From the NCBI GenBank assembly GCA_017631315.1, contig JAGBTN010000018.1, positions 95,941 to 159,940 of the forward strand: a stretch of DNA of 64,000 nucleotides, given 5' to 3'. The notes under the pieces are model-generated. The model ran no database searches and was not told where the DNA came from. It was given only the letters and a program-made list of their open reading frames with translations. The position numbers were made by a program, and so were the translations under genes. Below are positions 8,403 through 16,764 of the stretch, piece by piece (the first letter of the stretch is position 1; every line of letters starts with the position of its first letter). This stretch comes from Bacteroidaceae bacterium (GTDB lineage Bacteria > Bacteroidota > Bacteroidia > Bacteroidales > Bacteroidaceae).

Positions 8403-9476
8403 ATGAAAACAAATCTCTTTTCCCTTATCCCTGTTCTCTGTTTTGCGTTGTCCCTGACATCTACTGCTCAGACGCAGGTTGATGCTTTCGTTCCCGGCAG
8501 TACGCTCGAGGGTGTTTGCTACTACTTGCCTCGCACCGCCTTTCGGGTCACTGTTATAGCCGAAAGGACAACTGTCCGCCCCGGTGACTTCTATATGTAT
8601 GCCGACCGCTTCTTGCGGTTGCAGAATGTACCGACCGAGGAGAGTGTTCAGTGGAGTTTGAAGAGCATTACGCTTGAACCATTCGGAAAACCCGACAGGG
8701 ACAAAGCCTATAGCATCAAGCTGAAAAGCAAGACAGTGGCGCCGCTGGTAGGTCTTAGCCGCGATGGCATTTTGTTGAGTATCAATACTGATGCAGACGA
8801 ATCTTTCCTGCCAGAGCTGCCTAAACCGCAACAAGGTAAGAGGCCGGAGAATCCTCGTTCGTACATGACGCAAGAGATACTTGCAGCCGGCAGTAAGGCC
8901 AAGATGGCAGAACTCTGTGCCCAAGAGATTTACGACATACGCGAAAGTAAGAATGCACTTGTCCGCGGAGAAGCAGACAATACGCCGAAGGACGGAGCAC
9001 AGCTTAAACTTATGCTCGATCAGCTTGACCATCAGGCAGCAGTCCTTGAGTCTCTTTTCTGTGGCACAACGCAGACCGATACTGAGGTCTTTTCGTTCTT
9101 TTACGATCCCGTTCAGGAGACAGAACGTGATGTCCTTTTCCGTTTTTCGCAGAAGCTTGGCGTGTTGGATGCCGACAACCTTGCGGGCGAGCCGGTAGCC
9201 GTTTCGGTAAAGGTGCAGGAACCCATTCCTACAACCGTTCCTTCGGAAGACGTGGCCAAGAAACGTGCGAAGATGGAGCGTGGTGTGTACTATAATGTTC
9301 CTGCCAGGACAAGCATAAGCATCAACTATAAAGGCAAGGAATATGTCAGCATGGAGACGCCGATGGGGCAGTTCGGCATCGTCGAAATGCTCTCCAATAC
9401 ACTTTTCGACAAGAAGACCACCACTCAAGTGACATTCTTCCAAACCACTGGCGGTACGAAGGATGTAATGGAGTAA
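8403..9476 (+). CDS. secreted hypothetical protein (possibly DUF4831 family)
   Basis: 357 aa with a signal peptide MKTNLFSLIPVLCFALSLTSTAQ. The family assignment is from memory only. Confidence 0.55.
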   Translation: MKTNLFSLIPVLCFALSLTSTAQTQVDAFVPGSTLEGVCYYLPRTAFRVTVIAERTTVRPGDFYMYADRFLRLQNVPTEESVQWSLKSITLEPFGKPDRDKAYSIKLKSKTVAPLVGLSRDGILLSINTDADESFLPELPKPQQGKRPENPRSYMTQEILAAGSKAKMAELCAQEIYDIRESKNALVRGEADNTPKDGAQLKLMLDQLDHQAAVLESLFCGTTQTDTEVFSFFYDPVQETERDVLFRFSQKLGVLDADNLAGEPVAVSVKVQEPIPTTVPSEDVAKKRAKMERGVYYNVPARTSISINYKGKEYVSMETPMGQFGIVEMLSNTLFDKKTTTQVTFFQTTGGTKDVME

Positions 9477-9525
9477 ACAAGACATAATGCGCCGTTTTTG
9501 CACACAATAAACGGTAACAATCAAT

Positions 9526-9559
9526 AAGGCACACCTTTCCTGCGAGAAAGGTGTGCCTT
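9526..9559 (+). terminator. 14-bp stem hairpin, part of a repeated hairpin+array module
   Basis: AAGGCACACCTTTC (9526-9539) pairs with GAAAGGTGTGCCTT (9546-9559), loop CTGCGA. The architecture matches the hairpin at 15561-15594. Confidence 0.7.
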
Positions 9560-9566
9560 TCTTCGT

Positions 9567-9654
9567 ATAATGCTTAACCATTATGCCCGGAAAGGTTAAC
9601 CATTTCCCAAAGAATGCTTAACCATTATTTTCAGCGATGTTAACGTGTTGGAAA
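9567..9654. repeat. four-unit 22-bp phased array with (G/C)TTAAC(C) cores (family locus b)
   Basis: The cores CTTAAC, GTTAAC, CTTAAC and GTTAAC start at 9573, 9595, 9617 and 9639, exactly 22 bp apart. Confidence 0.7.
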
Positions 9655-9791
9655 TCGCAAAATGTCATCTTATTTTTGGAACTGCGTTATGAAATTTGCG
9701 AATATAGGCTAAGAAGACTCGAAAACCTATACAAATTTTACATTCACAAATGTTTTTCTGTTCATTTTACTGAATTAAATAAAAAAATCTG

Positions 9792-9799
9792 TATCTTTG
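9792..9799 (+). promoter_or_regulatory. -7 promoter box TATCTTTG
   Basis: Matches TAnnTTTG, 60 nt upstream of the ATG at 9859. Confidence 0.55.
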
Positions 9800-9858
9800 T
9801 TCCGATTTGTAGACACTAAATAAACAAAATATATTACAAACCATTTAATTAAACTACA

Positions 9859-12800
9859 ATGAAAAAGTTATTTACTTTTCTTTTTGCGCTCGCTTGCTTT
9901 GCAAGTATTTCAGCGGACGAGTATTATCTTGTCGGTGGCGCTACCAATAGTGGTTTCTCAACGGGTGAGTGGCAAAGAAGTGCCGTACGTGCCTACTCTG
10001 CAGACGGAACAAATTGGGCAGCAGCCGTAAAGTTGACACTTGGCGAAGGCGACAATGGCCTTTTTAAGATCCCAAACACTACTAATGGTTGGGATGGTTT
10101 TTGGGCTCCTTCTCAGGGAACTGTATTGACCTCTGAATGGTCAGACCTCTCCACAAATAGTAGTGGAGACAATAAGTTCTGCGTTGCAGAAGAAGGCATG
10201 TATCTTGTGAGTTTCAATACGAGCACATTGAAAATCAAGGCAGAGAAACTGACCGAGCCTTCAAAAGACGGCGATTATTATCTTATCTCATCCGTAAACG
10301 ACTATTACTGGTTTGCTGCATATATAGCCACAGATGCAACAAATGCATCAAAGGCTCGCCTAACTGCAAACCTCAGTTTCGAGGGTAAAACATTTACCCC
10401 CATGGCTTCAGACAAGCACAAGTTCAAGGGAGAATTTGATGGCAACGGACATACCATTGACTATGCTATTGTAAACAGTGACTATAGCAATATTGGACTT
10501 TTCTGCTATGCTGATGTAGCATATATTCATGATTTGGTAATTGGCGCCAACAGCTCCTTCAAGGGAGTAGCTAAGGTTGGTGGCATTATCGGATTTGCAC
10601 GTGATAGAAGTGGAGATGTCACACTCAAAAATGTCATCAATGAAGCACGTGTAGAAGCAACAGGTTCTACCGATGCTAATGCTGCAGGTCTGGTAGGCTG
10701 TGCAACCGATGGTACTAAAATCTTTGCGACAAACTGTGCCAATACAGGAGAAGTACGTGGTCAGGATGGACAATGTGCTGCATTTACAGGTTGGGCGCAG
10801 TCTGGCACAACCTTCACCAACTGCTGGAATATTGGTGATATCTACAATATGCAAGATAACAATAGTCTTTATCGTGGTGACGGTGTTTCTGTTTCGAACT
10901 GCTATGATGCTAATGGCAACGAATCTTATAGACAAGGAACAAAGGTAGCCAGGTCAACGGTTGCAAGTGGCGAACTTTGCTACAAACTTAACGGCGACCA
11001 AACAACAATCAGTTTTTATCAGACTATCGGAACAGACGAATACCCCGTTCCTTTCTCTACAAGTCTGCAAGTTTATGCCAACGGCGAACTGAAGTGCGAT
11101 GGCACAAGTGCCGGCGGAGAACTTGTATATAGCAACTCCAACGAATCTGTTATTCCTGACCATACAAATACAAATGGTTGGTGTTCAGTTTGCGGTTCAT
11201 TAGACCAAAACTACCTTACTGCAGATGCTGAAGGTTTCTATAACATCGGTAATGCAAATGACTTGAAATGGTTTGCTGAAATCGTAGCAACTGTTAACCA
11301 GTCTGCCAAAGCAAAGCTCACTGCCGACATCGACTACACAGACCACAAGCAGGGTTTCATCGGTACAAGCCAGGGAACTCCCTTCCGTGGTGTATTTGAT
11401 GGTCAAGAACATACCATTAAGATCGATATCGTAAACGCAGGCTCAACCCGTACAGGCCTCTTTGCCTACATTAACGCTGCCACCATCAGAAATCTTGTAG
11501 TTGAAGGTAGTGCAACTTCTGCCGGCAACAATTGCGTAGGTGGCCTTGGCGGACGTTCAGACAGTGACGGTACACTTATCGAAAATGTCATCGTTAAAAC
11601 TGCTGTAAGCTACACTGGTTCTAATAGTGATGCTACTTGCGGCGGCTTCTTTGCAAATATGGAAGGTCAAGTTACTCTCAAGAACTGCGCATTCCTTGGC
11701 TCTATCAATACAGGAACTTCTGAAGGTAATGGTGGCTTTGTTGGTTGGGCAGGTTCTGGTAATGGTAATAAATACATCAATTGTTTCATTGCCCCTGCAG
11801 AATACACAAAGAATGGAAATAGTGCAGACTTCGCACGTAATAATCCCCAAACAGTCAACTGCTATAAGGTCGGGCAGGACGATGCAAGATTAGCAACAGG
11901 TGAGTTCTGCTGCATGTTGAATGGCGAAGGCGACAACTGGTTCCAGAATCTTACTGAAGATGCAATGCCTGTACCTTTCTCTTCTCACAGCAAAGTTTAC
12001 GCAAATGCATCATACACTTGCGACGGTACTCCCAAAGGAGCAGTCGTTTATTCAAATGTTGACGAAGTAAGCCGCGATGAACACACTGTGGATAAAGGAT
12101 TCTGCACAGTATGTAATTCAATGACCTCTTATGTTGCAGACTACATGACACCTGCAGAAGACGGCTATTACGAAATCTCCGACAACAAGCAGATGCGTTG
12201 GTTCGCAGCAATGATTAAGGATTATCGTAACGTACATAATCTTACTGCAAATGAAGACTGCAATGCTCCTGTTAATGCTCGTTTGATGAACGATATTGAC
12301 TTTACTGGCGTAAAGGATTTCGCACCCATTGGTGGCCTTTGGGGACAAGGCAATACACGTTATAACGGCACATTTGATGGTCAAGGTTACAAGATTACAA
12401 ACCTCAATATCAATCTCGAACAAAATGAGGTAGGTATCTTTGGCGTTATTGCAGAAGGTGCAGTCATTAAGAACTTCACTCTTGCAAGTTCATGCTCTAT
12501 TAAGGGCAATGGTGCTGTTGGTATTGTCGGCAAGGCATGGAGAGCTCATGACGGCGAGGTTCGTTTGGAAAGCCTTGGTAATGAGGCTGACATAACAGGA
12601 GCAGGCAATAATGTAGGTGGTATTCTCGGTGTTAACATGATAAATGGTGGTTATGTTAAACTTTATATGACCAATTGTTACTCTACAGGTGCTATTAAAG
12701 GTAATGGCGAGAATGGCCAGCTTACTGGTTGGGGTGGTGATGGTGCTGTTGTTGAGAACTGTTATGCCATTGGCGATGCAATCAATACAGACGGCTTTGG

Positions 12801-13488
12801 TCGCTTCCCCGGTGGCTGCACCATAACAAACTGCTATAGTAATATGGACCTTAACTGGGGACCTGCAAAGATTAATGATGAAATGCTTGCTAGCGGTGAA
12901 CTTGCTTATAAGTTGGGTAAGGCCTTTGGCCAGACCATTGACACAGACGGCCATCCCGTATTCAATGCTCCTGCTGTTCTTTATGTTGGCGATGCAGGTT
13001 ATGCAACAATGTATGATACAACATCTGGTTACGAATTGAATGGTGATGCTAAGGCTTATGTTGCGGCACTCAACAAAACTTGGCTCGACCTTACAGAGGT
13101 AGAGGGTGTTCCTGTTGCAACTCCTGTTGTGCTGAAGGGTACATACTATAATAAGGTGGCTGCGAACCTTCCTGCTATTAGTGTTCCCAATGACCTTAAG
13201 GGCACTGATACGGACATTGACGCAGACGGTACAATGTATGTCCTTGCTAAGCTTGATGGTAAGGCTGGATTCTACAAAGCTGAGGGTACCATTGCTGCAG
13301 GCAAGGCTTACTACCAGAGCACAAGCGGTGTGAAGGCATTCTACTTCGAGAGTGGTGATGCAACAGGCATCAGCGATGTAAATGTTAACCTTAACGAAGA
13401 CAATGCTATTTACAACATTGCAGGTCAGCGTCTCCAGAAGATGCAGAAGGGTATCAACATTGTGAACGGTAAGAAGGTTCTCTTCTAA
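9859..13488 (+). CDS. large secreted cell-surface protein with three GLUG-like beta-helix modules and a T9SS C-terminal sorting domain
   Basis: 1209 aa with a signal peptide. Three modules of about 300 aa each open with F(K/R/N)G.FDG.G(H/Y).I (FKGEFDGNGHTIDYAI, FRGVFDGQEHTIKIDI, YNGTFDGQGYKITNLNI). The C-terminus NAIYNIAGQRLQKMQKGINIVNGKKVLF is typical of a Por/T9SS CTD. Confidence 0.8.
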   Translation: MKKLFTFLFALACFASISADEYYLVGGATNSGFSTGEWQRSAVRAYSADGTNWAAAVKLTLGEGDNGLFKIPNTTNGWDGFWAPSQGTVLTSEWSDLSTNSSGDNKFCVAEEGMYLVSFNTSTLKIKAEKLTEPSKDGDYYLISSVNDYYWFAAYIATDATNASKARLTANLSFEGKTFTPMASDKHKFKGEFDGNGHTIDYAIVNSDYSNIGLFCYADVAYIHDLVIGANSSFKGVAKVGGIIGFARDRSGDVTLKNVINEARVEATGSTDANAAGLVGCATDGTKIFATNCANTGEVRGQDGQCAAFTGWAQSGTTFTNCWNIGDIYNMQDNNSLYRGDGVSVSNCYDANGNESYRQGTKVARSTVASGELCYKLNGDQTTISFYQTIGTDEYPVPFSTSLQVYANGELKCDGTSAGGELVYSNSNESVIPDHTNTNGWCSVCGSLDQNYLTADAEGFYNIGNANDLKWFAEIVATVNQSAKAKLTADIDYTDHKQGFIGTSQGTPFRGVFDGQEHTIKIDIVNAGSTRTGLFAYINAATIRNLVVEGSATSAGNNCVGGLGGRSDSDGTLIENVIVKTAVSYTGSNSDATCGGFFANMEGQVTLKNCAFLGSINTGTSEGNGGFVGWAGSGNGNKYINCFIAPAEYTKNGNSADFARNNPQTVNCYKVGQDDARLATGEFCCMLNGEGDNWFQNLTEDAMPVPFSSHSKVYANASYTCDGTPKGAVVYSNVDEVSRDEHTVDKGFCTVCNSMTSYVADYMTPAEDGYYEISDNKQMRWFAAMIKDYRNVHNLTANEDCNAPVNARLMNDIDFTGVKDFAPIGGLWGQGNTRYNGTFDGQGYKITNLNINLEQNEVGIFGVIAEGAVIKNFTLASSCSIKGNGAVGIVGKAWRAHDGEVRLESLGNEADITGAGNNVGGILGVNMINGGYVKLYMTNCYSTGAIKGNGENGQLTGWGGDGAVVENCYAIGDAINTDGFGRFPGGCTITNCYSNMDLNWGPAKINDEMLASGELAYKLGKAFGQTIDTDGHPVFNAPAVLYVGDAGYATMYDTTSGYELNGDAKAYVAALNKTWLDLTEVEGVPVATPVVLKGTYYNKVAANLPAISVPNDLKGTDTDIDADGTMYVLAKLDGKAGFYKAEGTIAAGKAYYQSTSGVKAFYFESGDATGISDVNVNLNEDNAIYNIAGQRLQKMQKGINIVNGKKVLF

Positions 13489-13564
13489 ATGAACAACTCT
13501 CCTCCCGCAATGTCGGGAGGAGAAAGTAATTAGAAAACATATAAAAACTAAAAGTATATCTACT

Positions 13565-13720
13565 ATGAAAAAGGTTTATTTAACTCCTGCCCTTGCTGTC
13601 AGCGAGGCACAGGCTGCTCAGATGCTCGCCGAGAGTTTGATTATTAGCGACACAACGGTTGACGGCAGCCAGGCTCTCACAAAGGAAGATAATTCCTGGG
13701 ATATCTGGAGCGAAGAGTAA
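13565..13720 (+). CDS. candidate small ORF (51 aa)
   Basis: Absent from the ORF track because it is under 60 aa. I translated it by hand as MKKVYLTPALAVSEAQAAQMLAESLIISDTTVDGSQALTKEDNSWDIWSEE. It lies between the stop of the 1209-aa gene and the first terminator hairpin (13747-13785), so it is probably co-transcribed. Confidence 0.35.
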   Translation: MKKVYLTPALAVSEAQAAQMLAESLIISDTTVDGSQALTKEDNSWDIWSEE

Positions 13721-13746
13721 GTCTCTAGATAGAAGACTGCAATAGT

Positions 13747-13785
13747 AAAATCCTCTGGCCTATTCTGGGTCAGGGGATTTTGTGT
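13747..13785 (+). terminator. stem-loop followed by a T-run
   Basis: AAAATCCTCTG (13747-13757) pairs with CAGGGGATTTT (13771-13781), with one G-U position. TTTTGTG follows. Confidence 0.6.
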
Positions 13786-13856
13786 GCTTATAATACAAAG
13801 CCACAATGTAGGGGAATAAATAGGGTTAAATGTTTGCACTTTTCGTTTATAGTAAT

Positions 13857-13864
13857 TAACTTTG
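13857..13864 (+). promoter_or_regulatory. -7 promoter box TAACTTTG for dnaB
   Basis: Matches TAnnTTTG, 34 nt upstream of the ATG at 13898. Confidence 0.6.
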
Positions 13865-13897
13865 CATAGACATTAAACCGATACAAGAAGACAAGAT

Positions 13898-15469
13898 ATG
13901 GCAGGGACATCAGGAAGGAAACGTTCCGGGGCAATGAAGATAGTGGAAGTGCCTCAGGTTGACCAATATGGACACAAGCAGCCGCAGAGCCTCGACATGG
14001 AGGTGGCTGTGCTGGGTGCTCTTATGGTAGAACAGGATTCATATGGGCAGGTGGCAGAGTTGCTTAAACCGGAGAGTTTCTACGACCATCGCCATCAGTT
14101 GATTTATCAGGCCATTCAGACGCTTAATGCCGAGCAGAAGCCTGTTGACATAATGACTGTCATTGAGCAGTTGGAGCGAACGGATAATCTGGAGGCTTCC
14201 GGCGGTGAGGTCTATCTGATGCAAATCAATGCTAAGGTTGCCAGTTCTGCTCATATCGAGTATCACGCAAAGATTATTGCACAGAAGTCTTTGCAACGCC
14301 AGCTCATTACCTTTGCCAGTCTGGTTCAGACGAAGGCCTTCGACGCTACTGTCGATGTAGCCGACCTTATGCAGGAAGCGGAGAGCATGCTTTTCTCCAT
14401 TTCGCAGAAGAACATGAAGAAGGACTTCACGCAGATTGACCCTGTTATCAGTCAGGTTTACGAACTCATACAGAAGGCGCAGGCAAAGGAGGGTGGTCTG
14501 AGTGGTCTGCCGACAGGCTTCCATGAACTCGACAAGATTACGAATGGTTGGCAGAACAGCGACCTTGTGGTTATTGCTGCCCGTCCGGCAATGGGTAAGA
14601 CGGCTTTTGTGCTTTCCATGATAAAGCGCATGGCTGTAGACCATGGAATTCCTTGCGCCATGTTCAGTCTTGAGATGAGTAACCAGCAGCTTGTGCAGCG
14701 ACTTATGGTCAATGTCAGCGAGTTAAGCGGCGAGAAGTTGCGCAGCGGACAGCTTGCACCATACGAATGGGGTCAACTTGACAAGCGCGTGAGGCAGTTG
14801 TATAATGCTCCCATCTACATTGACGATACGCCCTCTCTAAGTGTGTTCGAGTTGCAGACCAAGGCGCGGCGTCTGGTTCGTGAGTTTGGTGTCAAGATTA
14901 TTATGATTGACTATTTGCAGTTGATGAAGGCCAGTGGCCTCAATATCAATAGCCGACAAGAGGAGGTTAGTGCGGTGAGCCGTGCGTTGAAGGCTCTTGC
15001 CAAGGAATTGAATATTCCGGTTATCGCATTGAGCCAGTTGAATCGTGGCGTTGAAAGCCGTGAGGGCATTGAAGGCAAGCGTCCGCAGTTGAGCGATTTG
15101 CGTGAATCGGGTGCCATAGAGCAGGATGCCGACATTGTATGTTTCATTCATCGCCCGGAGTATTATAAGTTGTATCAAGACGAAAAAGGCTTCGACTGGC
15201 GTGGCAAAGCGATGTTCATCGTGGCCAAGCATCGTAATGGTTCTGTGGATGATATCAAGTTGGCATTCCGTAGTGAGTTTGCCCGATTCTCCGACCTCGA
15301 AACATCAATTCCACTTCCAAACTCGCAGGAAAGCGACATGGGCGGACGCTTTGTGTCGCCGAAGATGACGGCAGAGGAGATGGCAGAGACTGAGAGACTT
15401 GCTCAAGCCATTGGCGCCGATGATTCCTTTGGTGGACTTCAGCAGGCGCAGTTGGGCGACGAATTTTAA
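13898..15469 (+). CDS. dnaB: replicative DNA helicase DnaB
   Basis: 523 aa. The N-domain PQSLDMEVAVLGALM, Walker A AARPAMGKTAF, IMIDYLQLM, SQLNRGVESR and RESGAIEQDAD are the canonical DnaB motifs. Confidence 0.95.
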   Translation: MAGTSGRKRSGAMKIVEVPQVDQYGHKQPQSLDMEVAVLGALMVEQDSYGQVAELLKPESFYDHRHQLIYQAIQTLNAEQKPVDIMTVIEQLERTDNLEASGGEVYLMQINAKVASSAHIEYHAKIIAQKSLQRQLITFASLVQTKAFDATVDVADLMQEAESMLFSISQKNMKKDFTQIDPVISQVYELIQKAQAKEGGLSGLPTGFHELDKITNGWQNSDLVVIAARPAMGKTAFVLSMIKRMAVDHGIPCAMFSLEMSNQQLVQRLMVNVSELSGEKLRSGQLAPYEWGQLDKRVRQLYNAPIYIDDTPSLSVFELQTKARRLVREFGVKIIMIDYLQLMKASGLNINSRQEEVSAVSRALKALAKELNIPVIALSQLNRGVESREGIEGKRPQLSDLRESGAIEQDADIVCFIHRPEYYKLYQDEKGFDWRGKAMFIVAKHRNGSVDDIKLAFRSEFARFSDLETSIPLPNSQESDMGGRFVSPKMTAEEMAETERLAQAIGADDSFGGLQQAQLGDEF

Positions 15470-15558
15470 TCTCCGCTTAACATAGTAAGAGAAAAAGGTT
15501 AACCATTATTGTCGAAAAGGTTAACCATTCTGCCCATAATGCTTAACCATTATAACAA
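15469..15558. repeat. four-unit 22-bp phased array with (G/C)TTAAC(C) cores (family locus c)
   Basis: Cores start at 15475, 15497, 15519 and 15542 (spacing 22, 22, 23). ATAATGGCTTAACCATTAT here differs from ATAATGCTTAACCATTAT at 9567 by one extra G. Confidence 0.7.
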
Positions 15559-15560
15559 AC

Positions 15561-15594
15561 AAGGCCTGCCTTTCTTGCGAGAAAGGCAGGCCTT
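15561..15594. terminator. 14-bp stem hairpin between convergent dnaB and the TSCPD gene (bidirectional terminator candidate)
   Basis: AAGGCCTGCCTTTC (15561-15574) pairs with GAAAGGCAGGCCTT (15581-15594), loop TTGCGA, followed by TATTTT. Confidence 0.7.
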
Positions 15595-15652
15595 TATTTT
15601 CGACAGTGTCTATTTGTCCGTTAATCAAGGACTTGGCAGTTGCTGCGAATGT

Positions 15653-15945
15653 TTATGATTCCTGTAACTGCTCGAGTGCACGGCAGAGCTGGTCGGGGCA
15701 GGATGTGCATTTCGTGCCACAACGGATTCCGTTGAGTCGCTTGATGACTTCCTCTGTCTCCATTCCCGTTACAAGTTTTGCAACACCTTGAGTGTGTTAC
15801 CATTGCAGCCACCATAGAAGCAGCATTTGGTGAGCTTGCTGTCTTTTACGGCTACTTCAATGTACTGGTAACATGTTCCTGTTGTTTTGTAAAGCAATTG
15901 CTTCTCGCCGTCGTGCACCTGCACTTGTCCTGCTTGTAGTTCCAT
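15653..15945 (-). pseudogene. TIGR03905-like 4-Cys TSCPD-domain gene with an apparent frameshift
   Basis: My hand translation from the ATG at 15945 gives MELQ...YKTTGTCYQYIEVAVKDSKLTKCCFYGGCNGNTLKVLQNL, ending at a stop at 15769-15771. A different frame continues GVAKLVTGMETEEVIKRLNGIRCGTKCTSCPDQLCRALEQLQES to a stop at 15653. The two halves join to the family pattern GGCNGN..G...L..GM if 1 nt is added or 2 nt removed near 15787-15792. Confidence 0.55.
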
Positions 15946-15952
15946 GTTCGGT

Positions 15953-16693
15953 TTATTCTTCCGGCTTCATGTTTGTATAGACGGTCTGCACGTCGTCGAA
16001 GTCCTCAAGCTTTTCCACCATCTTATTGATGGTCTCGCGCTGATCGGGCATCACGTCTTTCACGTCGTTGGGGATGTATGTGAATTCACCACCAACTTCT
16101 TCGAAACCATCGGCCTCAAGCTTTTTCTGTATGACGTTGAAGCTTGTGGGTTCGCCATAAATGGTGATGGTTGTAACATCCTTTTCCTCGTCGTACTCCT
16201 CGTCGTACTCTTCTTCCACGCCGCAGTCAATCATTTCCAGGATGAAGTCGTCCATGTCCATGTCAGCCTTCTTCTTGAAGGTGAAGACGCACTTGTGGTC
16301 GAAAAGGAATGACAATGAACCGGTCGTGCCCATGTTGCCGCCGAATTTGTTGAAGATGCTTCGAACGTCGGCCACAGTGCGGGTAGTGTTGTCTGTCAAG
16401 GTGTCAACGAAGACAGCGATGCCGTGAGGGCCGTATCCTTCATAAGTGACGCTCTTGTATTCGCTCTGGTCTTTGCCCATTGCATTCTTGATGGCACGCT
16501 CGATATTGTCTTTCGGCATATTCTCGCGTTTGCAGACTGCAATGACACTACGCAGTGCAGGATTGTTCTCAGGCTCCGGACCTCCTGCCTTAACGGCAAT
16601 GGCAATCTGCTTGCCCAGGCGGGTGAATGTCTTCGCCATGTGCCCCCATCTCTTCATCTTGGCGGCTTTGCGGTATTCAAATGCTCTTCCCAT
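15953..16693 (-). CDS. yebC: YebC/PmpR family DNA-binding transcriptional regulator
   Basis: 246 aa. MGRAFEYRKAAKMKRWGHMAKTFTRLGKQIAIAVKAGGPEPENNPALR is canonical YebC. Confidence 0.9.
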   Translation of the reverse strand: MGRAFEYRKAAKMKRWGHMAKTFTRLGKQIAIAVKAGGPEPENNPALRSVIAVCKRENMPKDNIERAIKNAMGKDQSEYKSVTYEGYGPHGIAVFVDTLTDNTTRTVADVRSIFNKFGGNMGTTGSLSFLFDHKCVFTFKKKADMDMDDFILEMIDCGVEEEYDEEYDEEKDVTTITIYGEPTSFNVIQKKLEADGFEEVGGEFTYIPNDVKDVMPDQRETINKMVEKLEDFDDVQTVYTNMKPEE

Positions 16694-16764
16694 AATGTGT
16701 TTTTTTCAGTATGAAATTATCTTTCGGTTGTATTTCTATCTTGTTTTATATCGTGCCGTGAAAC

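Noticed and set aside
7119-9581. 344-aa and 427-aa ORFs on the minus strand (7119-8153 and 8298-9581)
   Set aside because: They are antisense to the purH-like gene and to the DUF4831-like gene respectively. Their composition is low-complexity and Cys/Arg-rich, and they have no promoter.
9526-15594. Composite transposon or genomic island bounded by the two hairpin+array modules
   Set aside because: The interior carries essential dnaB and no transposase, integrase or target duplication. I kept it only as a low-weight structural observation.
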